NCBI GenBank assembly: GCA_973895155.1
Contig: OZ316899.1
Location: 15,961,974 to 16,025,973 of the forward strand
DNA: 64,000 nucleotides
Direction: 5' to 3'
DNA from: Marsupella aquatica
Lineage: Eukaryota > Plantae > Marchantiophyta
Below, piece after piece: positions 38,227 through 51,930 of the stretch (position 1 is its first letter; the number at the start of each line of letters is the position of its first letter). The notes below the pieces were generated by a model. That model searched no databases and was not told the DNA's origin. It was given only the letters and a program-made list of their open reading frames with translations. The position numbers and the translations under genes are program-made.

Positions 38227-38884
38227 ATGGCTAGGACCAAGCATAAAGCCAGAAAGAATAATACTCGAACAAGAAAGGAGGAAGATGTGTTGGTGATTGA
38301 ATTGTGGTCAGACATTGAGAAACGTCAGTTTAGTCCCCAACTTTGTGGCATTTGTGACTGGCATGGAGATCTGGCCATGTGTGATGGGGCTTGCCATCGG
38401 CACTTCCACCATGTTTCCAAAGTTGGTGAGGCTGTTGGCAAGTGCCCTGCCATATTTATTGCACCAGGCAGGCAAGGATGATGATCCTTGGTATTGTCCA
38501 TAGTGTAAGGATAAGACATACAGGTGTTTTCAGTGTGGCATTGTCTCTACTACAGCCAGGCAGTGTCCCCAGCCATACTGTGTTCATTTTTATTATCATG
38601 GATGCTTGCCACTTGATGTGGAGTCTTGCCCCATTCATACATGTGTTGCATGCCAACAGGACCATCGTGACCCTCATCTGGCAGAGGCCGTGTAGTGTTT
38701 GAGATGTCCCAAAACTTGGCATCGTACTTGCCTAGCCAAGAGCCAGCATGAAGGTTTTGCACTAGACAGAGTGCCTTGGCATCATACTGCACATGACCAG
38801 GGACGTTGGATGATCTACTTTCCTGACCATCCTATTGACCCTGCTCTAGGCACAGCGGCTCATGATCACATCTCCTGGCTTTGA
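38227..38884 (+). pseudogene. EDM2/NSD-type tandem PHD-finger module
   Basis: Across frameshifts: CGICDWHGDLAMCDGACHRHFH...WYCP..C...CFQC...CPIHTCVAC...RCPKTWHRTCL...RWMIYFPDHPIDPALGTAAHDHI. This resembles the EDM2 PHD region and its IYCxxHxID....DH tail. Confidence 0.75.
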
Positions 38885-39403
38885 TTGACGTGGTCCATTT
38901 TGGTTCAAATACATCAATACTACTATAGACATCAATAGACTTCTAAGTTAATGGAACACTGACGTTTTGTCATAATCACACATTTTGTTCACTATGTGAA
39001 TGGTTAGCACGAGCATGGAGACAATGCTCTTGGTTAAATTGACTAAGGCTAGCTTTCTAGAAAATCTAAGTACTCAAACTCTACTTATCTATTTGGTAAT
39101 TATTTTGTATACCAGTATGAGGACCATCCCAATTGATGTTTATGGATGTCAATATTGTGGATGTGATTGAATTGTTTGGACCCAGTGTTTTTACGATTGT
39201 CTTGGTTGTTGGGTGTCATGGATGGGGCATTGTCAATGGGGTATTTTCTTCAACCTGTTGTCTGTGGGTAGCAATAGAGTTTCAGGTTTGAAAGAAGCAT
39301 CCTAAACACATGAAACATAAGACATAAAATGTAAAACCTTTCTGAAAATAAAAATTCACAGTATGAACTCAAAGAGACAAGTACGGAGTGGCAAGTACAG
39401 ATT

Positions 39404-39748
39404 ATGAGGGAGCTGAGCTTATTGTCGTGTCCATGTTGTAGGTTCTCACCAGTGAATGTTGGAGGTGAAACACTACACTCGGTATGTCATTTCTTCCAGA
39501 CTGCCACACCAAATGTGGACCCCTATACAGGTGGCTACATGGATGTATTTTGTGGTGGTTTGGCTGGTCGGTTTGGTAATCCAACAATTTGTACCCCACC
39601 TGGCAGAAACATTGTCAACCTTGAATCTGTTGTACAGTATTGTAGGGCAGATGAGGAGGAGAATTACTTTTTGACAGATGAGTGTGAAGCCGGGTGTGAA
39701 GAGGGTGATGAGGAATGTAGTAGTTTGCTACATGTTTTGCCCATATGA
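39404..39748 (+). CDS. Hypothetical 114-aa Cys-rich ORF with acidic tail
   Basis: Open ATG-started frame between the PHD module and the transposase; no family recognised. Confidence 0.2.
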   Translation: MRELSLLSCPCCRFSPVNVGGETLHSVCHFFQTATPNVDPYTGGYMDVFCGGLAGRFGNPTICTPPGRNIVNLESVVQYCRADEEENYFLTDECEAGCEEGDEECSSLLHVLPI

Positions 39749-40251
39749 TTTCGTAGTCACAAATGTATGGCCTAGGGTTCTTTCCATGTCATGAGCGTAG
39801 GACATTTGCCAATATCGACTCATTAGTACCCAATGGAAGGACTTGGTAGCCATGTCCCCACAATGGAAGGCATTGAAACTACTACTTGTAGGCACAGATC
39901 GTAGACCACCATGGCATGATCTTGGGTTAGACTTAGATGTCTTAATGTACTTGCCTGAGTACTTGAGGGTTGACTATCACCGAGCACAGGTCGGAGTGGT
40001 ATTTGTACTGATCTGATAAGATTCACAAATCTGATATCACTCTAGTGGAGTGGGTTTCTATGACTATACACCATTGTATTCTGATATGGTCATGGATGTA
40101 CGTGCAGAGTAGCCTAGAGGTGTGGAGTCCAGTGCTGGTACCATTAGAGTGGAGGATTGCAGTATCCAAAGAGCTTGCAGAGGTTGCAAGGTATGTGGGT
40201 CCTCTGCATTCTGGCAAATTGAGTGGAATACATTGATTGGATTGACTTGAA

Positions 40252-42208
40252 GTGGTTGAAACAATGTTGAGGAACTTTTGTGGTAGTCAAGATGACTTGA
40301 ATAGGAGGGATGACAAGTTGTGGCGTCGACAGACTGCAGCTTGTAGAGCTGTTGGGATGACAAAGATAAAATGTCCTTGCTACATTTGCAACTGTAGGGG
40401 TAATCGTGTGAGTCTAGGGACTGTCAAAAAGCACCTCATTCACAATTCTCGCCACCCATCGCAAAGGTATTGGTGGGGAGAGGACTGTGACTCTTTTGAT
40501 GATGAGTGGAATGCACGATGCAGGGAGGGGGATGGTGCATTTGAGGGCCCTATGGGCAATGCAAGATGTGCAAAGGAACTTGCCAATGATATGGATTGTG
40601 GCATAGATATCCTGGGATACTAGAGGACCTGGCAATACCAAGTGAAATTGCTAATGCCAGTGAACCCGTCCAAGAAACCACTATAGAGGAGCCCACTCTG
40701 CAGGAAAGTGAAGAGGGTCTCTTTAACATGGATGATCTTCTAGAGGCAGACAGTACATCTGGAGAAGCAACACCTCAGATTTGGGACCAACAGGCAGAGG
40801 AGAAGATGATGCGAGCATTTGAAGAGGCGTGTGCCCCTTTGTATGAGGGGTCCACTACTTCCCAATTATCATTTGTGTTGACATTTCTAAACACATGCCA
40901 TAATCATGGTTTCACCAACTCTGGAGTTGATGAACTGCTTTCGTTGATGGGGAAACAGTTGATGCCTGCTAAGAATCTGCTGCCTAAAAACCTATATGCA
41001 TGCAAGAAGCTGATCAGTCATGCTGGCTTGGATTATGTCAAAATTGATGCTTGTGAGGATGGATGTGTCCTATTCAGAAAGGAGCATGCTCCTTGCAAAG
41101 AGTGTCCACTGTGCAAAAAGCCTAGGTATAAGCAGGTTGGACAATCAAAGCAATCTGTGAATTAAAGTCCTTTGACATTTCCCCCTCATACCCAAGTTGA
41201 AACGAATGTATAGGTGCAAGGCAATTTCAAAGTTGATGACATGGCATAAGGACAATAAAAGCACAGATGGAAAGGTCCGGCATGTTGCAGATTCTAGGGC
41301 ATGGAAGGAGATTGATACAACAATTGATCCAACATTTGAAGCAGAGCCTCGCAATGTACACCTTGGATTGGCTCTGGATGGTGTGAATCCCTTTGGGGAA
41401 AACAACCTCAAGCACTCTACGTGGCTTGTGGTATTGTTGACTTACAATTTTCCCCCTTGGTTGTCCACCAAGAAGTTCTTCATTATGTTATCTTTGCCGA
41501 TCCCTGGGCCTTATTCAATGACTGACCGCAACATTGACATTTACATGGCTCCATTGCTGGAGGAGCTTTTGGAGCTCTGGGAGGGAGTTCCATGCTTTGA
41601 TTCACTTGATAGGCCTGGCCTGAATAAGTGGTTCAATCTGCGGGCCATTCTATTGTGGACAGTGAATGACTATCCAGCTTTGGGTCTCATATCGGGTCAA
41701 GTCACAAAAGGATATCATGGATGCATTGTGTGTGGTCCCAATGTGAGCTGCAGAAGGTCTACTGCTCTATCCAGGAATGTATTTCTGGGGAGTCAAAGGT
41801 GGTTGGAGGAGAACCATAAGTACCGCTCCCAAAGTTATGCAGCAAAATTTGATGGGGAGTGCGAGCCACGGGGGCCTCCCCCAAGGATACTTGTGAGAAA
41901 AAATTAGCCTTTGCTGCTGAGGTGGAAGAGTACTTGAAAACACCTGGGGCCAAAAAAGGAAGCAAGAACTGTCCTTCAAAGCTTCATGGGGTGAAGAGGA
42001 CACAAGGTCTTGCAAAGCTGCCATACTGGTCGGTGAGTAAAATCACACTTGCATCCAACTTTTTACTTGAAGATATTGCAACCAAAATTGTACACACATG
42101 TCAATTTGCAGTTGGACTGTTTTGCTTTTTGTTGTTTGCATGCAGAAACTTCTGATCAACCATGTGCTAGATCCCATGCACACAGAGAAGAACATTGCTC
42201 AAAATTTG
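40252..42208 (+). pseudogene. CACTA (En/Spm) TnpD transposase, 5' part (element CACTA-1)
   Basis: IKCPCYIC transposase-associated domain; IDACEDGCVLF; LALDGVNPFG; VNDYPA; DPMHTEKN; intron 42033-42145. Confidence 0.93.
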
Positions 42209-42279
42209 ATTACGGGTCCAGTTAGAGACTTCTGTAAATCTGAAAATTCTGTCAAAATTCCACGTCACCCTGTAAATAT

Positions 42280-42540
42280 CCAGCCATTAAATGGTTTGAA
42301 TCCAACCATCTACATCCATTTTGTGTGTGAAGACTTGTGTGAAGGCTCGTGTAGCCTCTCAACTGAAAATGAGCTTTCCCACCATTAGATGTTATGAATC
42401 CAACCATCCAAATTCATTTTGTGTGTGAATACTCGTGTGGTCTCTTAGCTCAAAAAGAACTTTTACACCATTAGATGTTTTGAATCCAATGATCTATGTT
42501 GCTTTTGTGTGTGAAACCTCGTGTGAAGAGTAATGTCACT
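42280..42540. repeat. Three degenerate ~90-100 bp repeats
   Basis: CCATTAGATG..TGAATCCAA..ATC...TTTTGTGTGTGAA..CTCGTGTG repeated. Confidence 0.75.
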
Positions 42541-43020
42541 TCTTGACACAAACAACTCTATTAAACTAAACCTATCCATGCTTGGATGTTGACATAACTA
42601 GATTATGACGTTTATGGTGCCTAAGGAATAAGAAGAACTTGGGGAGTAGGTCGGCTCTGAAAAAAATCAATATTTGAGAAATCTCCAGCTTGGGTATTAG
42701 GTATATTTTAAAGGGCAATTTAATTGCAATAATATAAAATAAATAAGCTTGGTAAGCAACATATAAAGCATTCTCTCAACCTCTTGACGCCATACAAGTA
42801 AAATGGAAAAGAATATTAGAAATATAAATAGTGGTGAAAAATCATGAGGAAGGTGGGGTGAATAAGCGAGGGTTTGGTCATGGGAAACTTACATTGAAGT
42901 TTAATGCAAGGATTATTACAATTTAACATGTGGAAGGGTCTAGTTATGAAAATATTGTTTTGAAGTGGTATTGAATGTTAGATTTTTGGAATGTAAACTC
43001 TAGAGTATTATAACCTTGTT

Positions 43021-43715
43021 TTTAAGTTACAACTTGACAAACACTACTCAAACCCTTGAATATATGTGTACCAATTGCTTTAACTTATGACCTTATTGAT
43101 TTTGAAGTTACAAATGGGATCAAACATTATAAAGACCCTTGTAGATGTGTGTACCAAAATGCCTTGTCTTGTAACCTTCCCGGATAACCTAATTTTGATT
43201 TTGAAGTTACAACTAGGGTCAAGCAGTACACTAACCCTTGTAGATGTGTGTACCATAATGTCTTAACTTGTAGTTACCTTATATTCATGAATTTTATAAG
43301 TTACAACTGGGGTCAAACAGTACACCAACCCTTGTAGATGTGTGTACCAGAATGCCTTAACTTGTAACTTTATATTGATTTTGAAGTTACAAACGGGGTC
43401 AAACAATACACCGACCCTTGCGGATGTGTGTATCAGAATGCCTTAACTTGTAACCTTATATTGATTTGATAAGTTACAGTTGGGGTCAAACAGTACACTG
43501 ACCCTTGCAGATGTGTGTACCAGGATGCCTTAACTTGTAACTTTATATTTATTTTGAAGTTACTACTGGGGTCAAACAATACACCGACCCTTGCGGATGT
43601 GTGTACCAGAATGCCTTAACTTGTAACCTTATATTGATTTTGAAGTTATAATTAGGGTCAAACATTACACCGACCTCTGCATATGTGTGTACTATAGTTT
43701 ATTGCCTTAACTTGA
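43021..43715. repeat. Tandem array of about eight 86-bp units
   Basis: Unit anchors GTTA(C/T) at 43026, 43107, 43206, 43300, 43386, 43473, 43559 and 43645. Confidence 0.93.
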
Positions 43716-44917
43716 ATAATATGATATGGACCTTATAATTATAGTACCTGATTGATAATAAACTTAAGTGAATAATTTTGGGTACAAAGAGCTAACTTCT
43801 CCATTTTTGGAATCCAACAAAGGGCAAATTTCACTTTCTTAATATGTAATGCCCTAAGATAACCATAACAATATGAAACAAGATTACAAAAGACTCATCT
43901 ACCTACTAAGAGCATTGCTTTCTACAAATAAATTGCAAATTACAATTACTTATAGTTTTGTTAAGATTGCATAAATCTATTGTGTTGATTTAAATAAAAG
44001 CTCTAAGTGTTGTGGCAAATAATTAATATACTAATATTTGCACATCCATATATGATAATGCTACAAATTTTTAGCTAATCTGATAATTTATTTGAAAATA
44101 AACACTATTATGATCAATATTACATAAGTGAAAATTAGATTTTAAAGTATAGATAGATTCCATGCTTGATTTAGCTTCATGGGTGAACAACTTTAGCAAT
44201 CACATTTATTCAACGAGGAATAAAGAGAGAAACAAACCTCTATTTCAAGCTTAGATGATAGCTTGGGGTTGTTTCTTAGTGATGCCAAAATTTGTCTACA
44301 AACTCACACAAAATTGCTCATGTCAATTGAATGGACAAAATATCAAGTCACTTCACAAATAACAAATAAACACAAATTCTAGTCATAAAAAACATGCACT
44401 GATATAAACATTTACCTTGATGGTAGTCACCATGAGAAATCTTAAAAAAAAATCTTGTATGCCACTTGAGTGTAGCTCCCCTAGGCCTTATTCAAACATA
44501 TTCCTTGAATACACACCAAAAAAGTCATAAGCATAATGTCAAAACTCACTTGCACATTCAAGACTAATCAACTATTCTCAAAACATTAAACTATTCTATT
44601 ATTATAAAATCTCTACAAAAATAAGGCTATGACTTTCTATTGATTAGTAAAACATACATTTAAAAAACAGAAATGAAGTTAGTATGTTTCTTCTCTCATG
44701 AAGGTGCCTATATATAAAGTTACTCTCTTCCCAACATGATCATTATGATTCTACACTTATGGGTTTTTCATTTGTTTCCATTTGCCATTAAAATTGATGA
44801 GAATTTTGTATTTGTCATTACTAGACAAATCATGATGAATAAATTACACTTTCCAAACAAAAAGTATACTTGTCTCCCCACAAAACAATTAAAAAACCAA
44901 TGCTATAAATAGTTTTT

Positions 44918-47900
44918 TGTTATAAGTGATAAACCTAACCCCGGTAAACTAGACTTACCCTAGTGAATAGGGATAAGAGGTGGTTACATAACCACCACGC
45001 CTTGTACTATATAGGGAGCCCCCATACTCCCAAATGGAATAGAAGGTAGTGAGTTTGTTGGCTCATGAGATCTATGTCCCTACATACGTTATCAACACGA
45101 CTCTTGATCTGAGTGATTTTTTTTCTCCTTACACATCAGCTTGAGCAAAATTTTGTTTGGAAAATCTCCACACCAGCCCACGGAAGACGAAAACGTCTAA
45201 GGATTTTCAGTTTTTTTTTTCGAGGATTCCAACAATAGCTTTGCCCCCACATCGATCCCTCCTCCCTGAACGCGATCTTCTCCACACAAAAAAAATTACC
45301 CAACACCTGGAGAGGACGGCCCGTGAAAGATCGGAGCAGGCATGAGGAAGGACGATACGAGGCAAACGGACCAGCAAGAACGGCTCCACACGGAACAATA
45401 TCAGGGAAGTTCCCATTCCATCCCCCACGATTATACAATTTCAAACAAGATACACTGTGGAAAACTCAAGCAATTTCCATTTATTGAGACACTTCCGATT
45501 ACTGAAGATACAATACTTCGATTGAACAATGACTACGATTGAGAAATTACAATTTAAGGCATTAGCCATAGATGGCGCAAATTATTTAACATGGTCACTT
45601 GACATTGAGGCCTATCTCGCATCCAAAGATTTGCAGGACGCAATCCTAACCGATGCAAGCCTCACACTACAACAGAAGGCAAGAGCGCTAATCTTCATTC
45701 GACGTCACTTGGCCGAGCCACTCAAGACCCAGTATCTCAACCAATATAATCCGAGAATACTCTGGGAAGATCTGAGATTACGGTTTGACCACATGCGGCT
45801 CGTCTCCCTGCCAGCGGCCCGCCACTACTGGATCAATCTAAGGGTCCAAGATCACACCTCAATCACCAGCTACAATGGCAAACTATTCCGGATCACCTCA
45901 CAACTGGTAGTCTGCGGCCACCCATCAACGACGATGAAATGATAGAGCGCACCCTTTCAACGTTCAACGCAGGAAACTTACTCTTGGCATCACAGTACAG
46001 AAATATGGGCTTCACTAAATATTCCGAACTGATCGCATATATGCTCCTTGCCGAAAAACACCAATTACTCCTCTTGGAGAATGCCAAATCCCAACCACCA
46101 GGGGCTGCTGCACCACCACCAAGACCAGAAGCCAACTTTAATTGCCAGAACGTCAGGCCCAGAGGGAGAGGAAATGGAAACTTCAGGGGGAGAAGAGGCA
46201 GAAACCCCAGTAGGGGTAGATACCAACAAGGCAGCAGGGGCAACAGCCAACCCAATAGAAAAGACCAAACAATCGGAAACCTTAACAGAAGAGGTGGATA
46301 CAGAGGAAGAGGAGGCGGACTCAGAGGAAGAGGCCGAGGGGGGCGCCGCGCCGGGGGATATTACAATTGGAACCGAGAAGAAAATAACCCCATTGAATGT
46401 TTCAGGTGCGGAACAAAGGGACACCTACAAAGAGATTGTCGGGCACCCACACACCTGGTCACACTCTACAAGCAAAGCCAGGAACAACCCACCAACGGAG
46501 CACAGGGGAATTACATGGAGGCCCTAGACGACATTGAGGGCTACAGATTAGACCCAGCAGTACCCGAGGTCCACAACGCCCAACTCGGCTCCACCTCAAC
46601 ACCACCAAATGACCATAGTAACTGCATTGTGGACAGCGGAACATCTCACTCAATACTACGAGACAGACATTATTTCCTCCGAATCACACCATCCAACAGA
46701 TCCATGACAACGATAACAGGACCTAACCACATAGAGGAAGGCTACGGCCCGGCCAGAGTCAGATTCCCAAAAGGGACTACGATCTACATCAACTCAGCAA
46801 TCTACCCACCAAGGACCACAAGGAACCTAATCAACTTCAACGATATATGCGCAAATAAGCTACACATCCACACTGACACCCACAACAACAGGGAAGTGCT
46901 GCAGATACTAGACAACACAAAACCAGGGGGAGGAGTACGAGAGATCTTACCAATTTACCCCCTGGCTTATACATCACCAGAATACACTCTTACCACACAG
47001 AACGACCCACCCTCAACTTAACTCAAACCTGGCATAATCGCCTCGGTCACCCCGGCACCAATATGTACCATAACATACTGAAGACCACAGTGGGGATACC
47101 CCACGGAGTTCACCCATCAGCCTTGAACAAACCCTGCATCGCTTGTTCACAGGGAAAGATGGTGACTCGGCCTGCACCATCAAAAACCATACATAAGATC
47201 CCACAATTCCTAGAGAGGATACAAGCAGAAGTCTGTGGGCCAATTGAACCACCATCCAGCCCATTCCGATACTTCATGGTCATTATAGACGCCTCCACCA
47301 AATGGTCACAGGTCTCCTTGCTTTCCACGAGGAACCTGGTCTTCACCAGAATTCTATCTCACATACTGAAACTCAAACACCAATTCCCAGAGAATCCAAT
47401 CAAAACCATCAGAGTCGACAATGCGGGGGAGTTTACCTCAAAAACGTTTGACAACTTCTGTGAGACTACAGGGATAGACACCGAATACTTGGTCCCACAC
47501 GTCCACTTCCAGAATGGTATCGCCAAATTGGTGATAAAACGCATACAAATGGTAGCCAGGCCACTGCTAATGCAATCCAACTTACCAGCCTCAGCATGGG
47601 GCCATGCGGTCCTGCACGCTGCCGCCCTCCTAAGAATAAGGCCATCCTCCTTCAACACCCAGACCCCTCACTTCTTGGCATACGGGATGCCACCGGACAT
47701 CACCCATCTCCGAACATTTGGATGCGTGGTCCTGGTCCCAATACTAGGCCCCAAACGGACCAAAATGGGACCCCAGCGATAACGAGGCATATACGTGGGT
47801 CTAGACTCACGTTCTATCATTAGGTACTTGGAACCTACGACAGCAGACATATTTAAAGCAAGGTTCCAAGACTACCAATTCTTTGAAGAAGAATTCCCAA

Positions 47901-50731
47901 CTCTCGCCGAAGACACCGCTAGAAGCAGACATGCCAAAGCACAAGAACTACAATGGCTGCCCACAAAACCAATCACTGATGACCACCGGACCAGAGAAGC
48001 AGACCAAGGAGTACAAAGGGTCCTCCATTTATAGCAGATGCTCACAAACTTACCTGACCTATTCAACGATGTAGCTGCAGCCACATGGTCACACACGGAG
48101 GCAACAAATACACCTGCAAGAATTTCATGGACAGTCCCATCGGCAACGGCAACCGCACCAAAGGCAAAACGGGGCCGACCCCTGGGCTCTAAGGATACAT
48201 ACCCGCGACCACCACGCAGCGCATCACCAGCAACAATGGCCACCCCTGCACAAAGATCACCCCCTCCAAGGGATACAGCAAACGAGGAAATAACAATCAG
48301 CTACATACACACCAGACAGATGATGCAGCAAAATAAAACACAAATCAACGATCACTTTGCATTCCATATCTTTGAGGAGATAACCAACGAACCCCTGACC
48401 CCATTACAGTAGCAGAGGCTCAATCTCGACCAGACTAGCACCAATGGGAACTGGCCATAAACTCCAAATTAGACTCCCTGATAAAACGAAACGTCTTCGG
48501 ACCCGTAATCCCTGCACCTGCAGGGACACACCTTACGGGATACAAGTTTACTTTCCTGAGGAAGCAAAATGCAAAAGGAGAGGTAATTAGATACAAAGCT
48601 CGCTTGGTAGCAAAGGGCTACACCCAAATCCCCGGCCGGGACTTTGATCAAACATACTCACCGGTGATGGATTCCATAACATACCGGTACCTCATTGCAT
48701 TTACACTCCTGCACAAGCTCGTCATGTACACGCTAGACGTGATCACCGCCTATCTGTATGGTATCCTAGTACCACAATATACATGAAGGCACCCCCGGAA
48801 CTGATCAAAAGAATAAGGTTCCACATTGAGGGGGAGAAGAATGGTACCACAGACCGCGGTCTACAATCGGGCCTAACCCAAACCGGCCCTACATGCGATT
48901 TGGACAAAATGACAAGCGAGCTCGGACCTACAGTACCGACACCAAAGGATGTGCTTCACACATCTGACCTCAGGAAACGAACGCTCCTCCTACCAAACAC
49001 CGCTGCTACACAGCCAAAATGAGTCAAAAAAGAACTCGCAGTCCAAGTCCTACGCTCAATGTACGGATTAAAACAGAGCGGACGCACTTGGTACAAACGA
49101 TTCAAAGCTGAAATGCTCGCACTGAACTTCAATACTGACTACATTGCCCCTTGTTTGTTCCTCAAACAGGAGGCAGATGAATTCGTTATCATCACAATTT
49201 ATGTAGATGACATAAACATCTTCGGCACAACAACGATAATGCACAAGACAATCGAAATCCTGAAGAAGACATTTGAGATGAGGGACATCAGGAAGCCAAG
49301 CTACTGCCTGGGATTACAATTCAACTACTTGCAACAGGGCATCCTGATCAACCAATCAACTTATACCAAAAAGGCGCTACGGAAATTCAACATGGCATCC
49401 GCCCACCCGGTCAGCACCCCCATGGACCTGAGATCCTCAGACCCCACAAGGGACACATTTAAAAAACGGGCAGAGACAGAGGAGGTTCTCGGCCCCGAGA
49501 AGCCATACCTCTCAGCCATCAGGGCCCTGATGTACCTGGCGACACAGTCATGCCCCGACATTGCTTTCGCCATCAATCTACTCGCTCGCCATAGCTCCAA
49601 CCCCACAATCCGACATTGGAATGGCGTAAAAAGGGTATTCCGATACCTGCGCGGCACAACGGACATGGGGCTATTCTTCCCCAAGAACTCAGAGAACATG
49701 CTGACCAGCTACGCGGACGCGGGCTACCTCTCAGACCCAGACGATGCGAAATCCCAAATGGGATATGCCTTCCTACAAGGTGGCACGACAATCTCTTGGA
49801 AAAGCAGCAAACAATCACTCACAGCGACCTCCTCAAATCACGTCGAGATAATAGCACTTTACGAAGCCACCAGGGAAAGCATCTGGCTGAGAAACCTGAT
49901 AAACCACATAAAATGGCACACAGGAAGAGCGCAGCTAAAGAAACCAACAACTATATACGAAGACAACCAGCCCTGCGTGGAGCAGATTGTCCAGGGATTC
50001 ATTAAAGGGGACAGAATCAAACACATAGCACCCAAATTCTTTTTCACTCATGAACAGCATGGCGAACAGGTCCAAGTACAATGGATTCCAAGTAAAGACA
50101 ATCGAGCGGACTTGTTCACTAAACCACTCCCACCAGCACTACACCGCGAACATGCATACGGGATAGGACTGCAAAGTATGGCATCACTTTTACAAGGACA
50201 AGAATGACGCAGGCCACCGAGGAACTTACCCAAATCGTGCACCTATTACTGCCGATCAAACTGATACAACGGGAGCTCCACCATCACATGCTACCCCAAA
50301 TCCGCCACCCCATGGCCCGCAGGATTAGGGTAGGGACGCAAACAACTCCTTAAACGTAAAGACAGACCACGAGTCTTTAAACACTCTAAGGACTTACATT
50401 CAATAACTGGACCCAAACCTATGTTATAGTAGTGGCACTCTTTCCATGATGGAAGCATGGTTTTAATGAGACCATACTACATTGGGCCAGACTATAGACC
50501 ATAGGGTTAGTTTTCCCCATCATATGGTTGGCTGTAACACACTCATCACCCAACCAAGGGGGAGTGTTATAAGTGATAAACCTAACCCCGGTAAACTAGA
50601 CTTACCCTAGTGAATAGGGATAAGAGGTGGTTACATAACCACCACGCCTTGTACTATATAGGGAGCCCCCATACTCCCAAATGGAATAGAAGGTAGAGAG
50701 TTTGTTGGCGCATGAGATCTATGTCCCTAAA
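44918..50731 (+). mobile_element. Ty1/Copia LTR retrotransposon, Bianca-like
   Basis: 167-bp LTRs (44918-45084, 50565-50731), PBS CGTTATCAACACGA (45087-45100, Bianca-type), PPT AAGGGGGAG, TSD TTTTT/TATTT. Confidence 0.93.
45529..50207 (+). pseudogene. Copia gag-pol (GAG-PR-INT-RT-RH), disrupted
   Basis: FKALAIDGANYLTW, CFRCGTKGHLQRDC, IVDSGTS, FLERIQAEVCGP, RVDNAGEF, YGLKQSGR, YVDD, YADA, IYEDN, ADLFTK. Confidence 0.95.
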
Positions 50732-51203
50732 TATTTTTGAGTTTATGAATTTGTTTGTTAGTGATGTCAACTTTTATTATGCAAACTTCAAATACTTTTA
50801 AAAACATCTCATAATTTTATAGACAAGTCCAATGCATAATTATCCATTGCACAAAAACATTGCAAGACAATGAAGGCCTAGCTCCTTGCCTCCAAGATAG
50901 TTTGTTGCTCACCCTTGTGATGAATAATTTGTCACCCGAACAAGCCAGATGATTGCTACAGTGACGAGTTGCAATGTGAATTACATAGAGAGGTGAAAAG
51001 AACATGAGAGAGGTGGAGACAAACAAAGGATGACAACATTATGTAGCACGCTAAAAGCTCCTTCCAAATTCTTGGCACTGTATTTGGGCACATCATAGAG
51101 TTTTGGCAGACTTGATAACCAGGAAAGACCAGGAAAGAGAATTAGTAAAACAAATAAATACAATATTACCAATGTGTTAAAAAAATTGAGTTGGACCCAC
51201 ATA

Positions 51204-51930
51204 CTAGTTCACACTACTTCTGGGAAGAAGGATACCACTGCTGTGTGGAATGATATGGAGGCTGAAGGCATTCACGAGCAGCTGTGGATGAAGCCTCATC
51301 CAAACAATAAGAAGGACCACTTTGTGAAGCCCAAGGCGCCCTATGTGATGAGCAAACCAGAGCTGGAGAAGTTTCTGGGCACTTTGAAGAACTTGAAAGT
51401 TCCCACAGATTTTGGTAGCTCATTGGCAGTGTGTGAGAGCCAACAATAAGTTGGCTGGTCTCAAGTCTCACGACTACCATTGCCTGATGCAGCAGATACT
51501 TCCCTTGGCATTGAAGGACTTGATGGCAAGAAGACCTCAAATGCCTATCATTAGTGTGTATTGTGTGTGGCATAAAATTTTCTGTAAGGTGTGGGACCCT
51601 AGCACTAAAGATGAACTGATGACAGATGTGGCACATACTCTGTGTGCTCTGGAAATGCATTTTCTAGCTTTGTTTTTTGATGTCATGACACATTTGATGG
51701 TGCATATAGTGGAAGAGCTAGATATATGTGGACCTGTATCACAACGGTGGATGTATCCAATTGAGAGAAACCTGAAAAACCTAAAGGGTTTTGTAAGAAA
51801 TAGGGCACGACCAGAGGCATCTATGGCTGAGGGTTATATCCTAGAGGAGGCATTGGGATTTCTCACAAAGTATATGGTTCAATGCCAAGTAACTCGGTAG
51901 CGGGTCTGGGACTCCGAAGAAGAGGCAGCC
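51204..51930 (+). pseudogene. CACTA-1 TnpD transposase, 3' part (DUF4218-type region)
   Basis: GLKSHDYHCLMQ, HLMVH, GPVSQRWMYPIER, PEASMAEGY. Confidence 0.93.

Larger units (their letters stand above)
42211..51201. mobile_element. AT-rich non-coding insertion splitting the CACTA-1 transposase (contains the Copia element)
   Basis: Transposase reads HTEKNIAQNL before and LVHTTSGKKDT after. Short inverted ends GGGTCCA (42214) and TGGACCC (51192). No clean TSD. Confidence 0.6.

Noticed and set aside
43021-43715. CRISPR array
   Set aside because: Whole units repeat with no unique spacers, and there are no cas genes.
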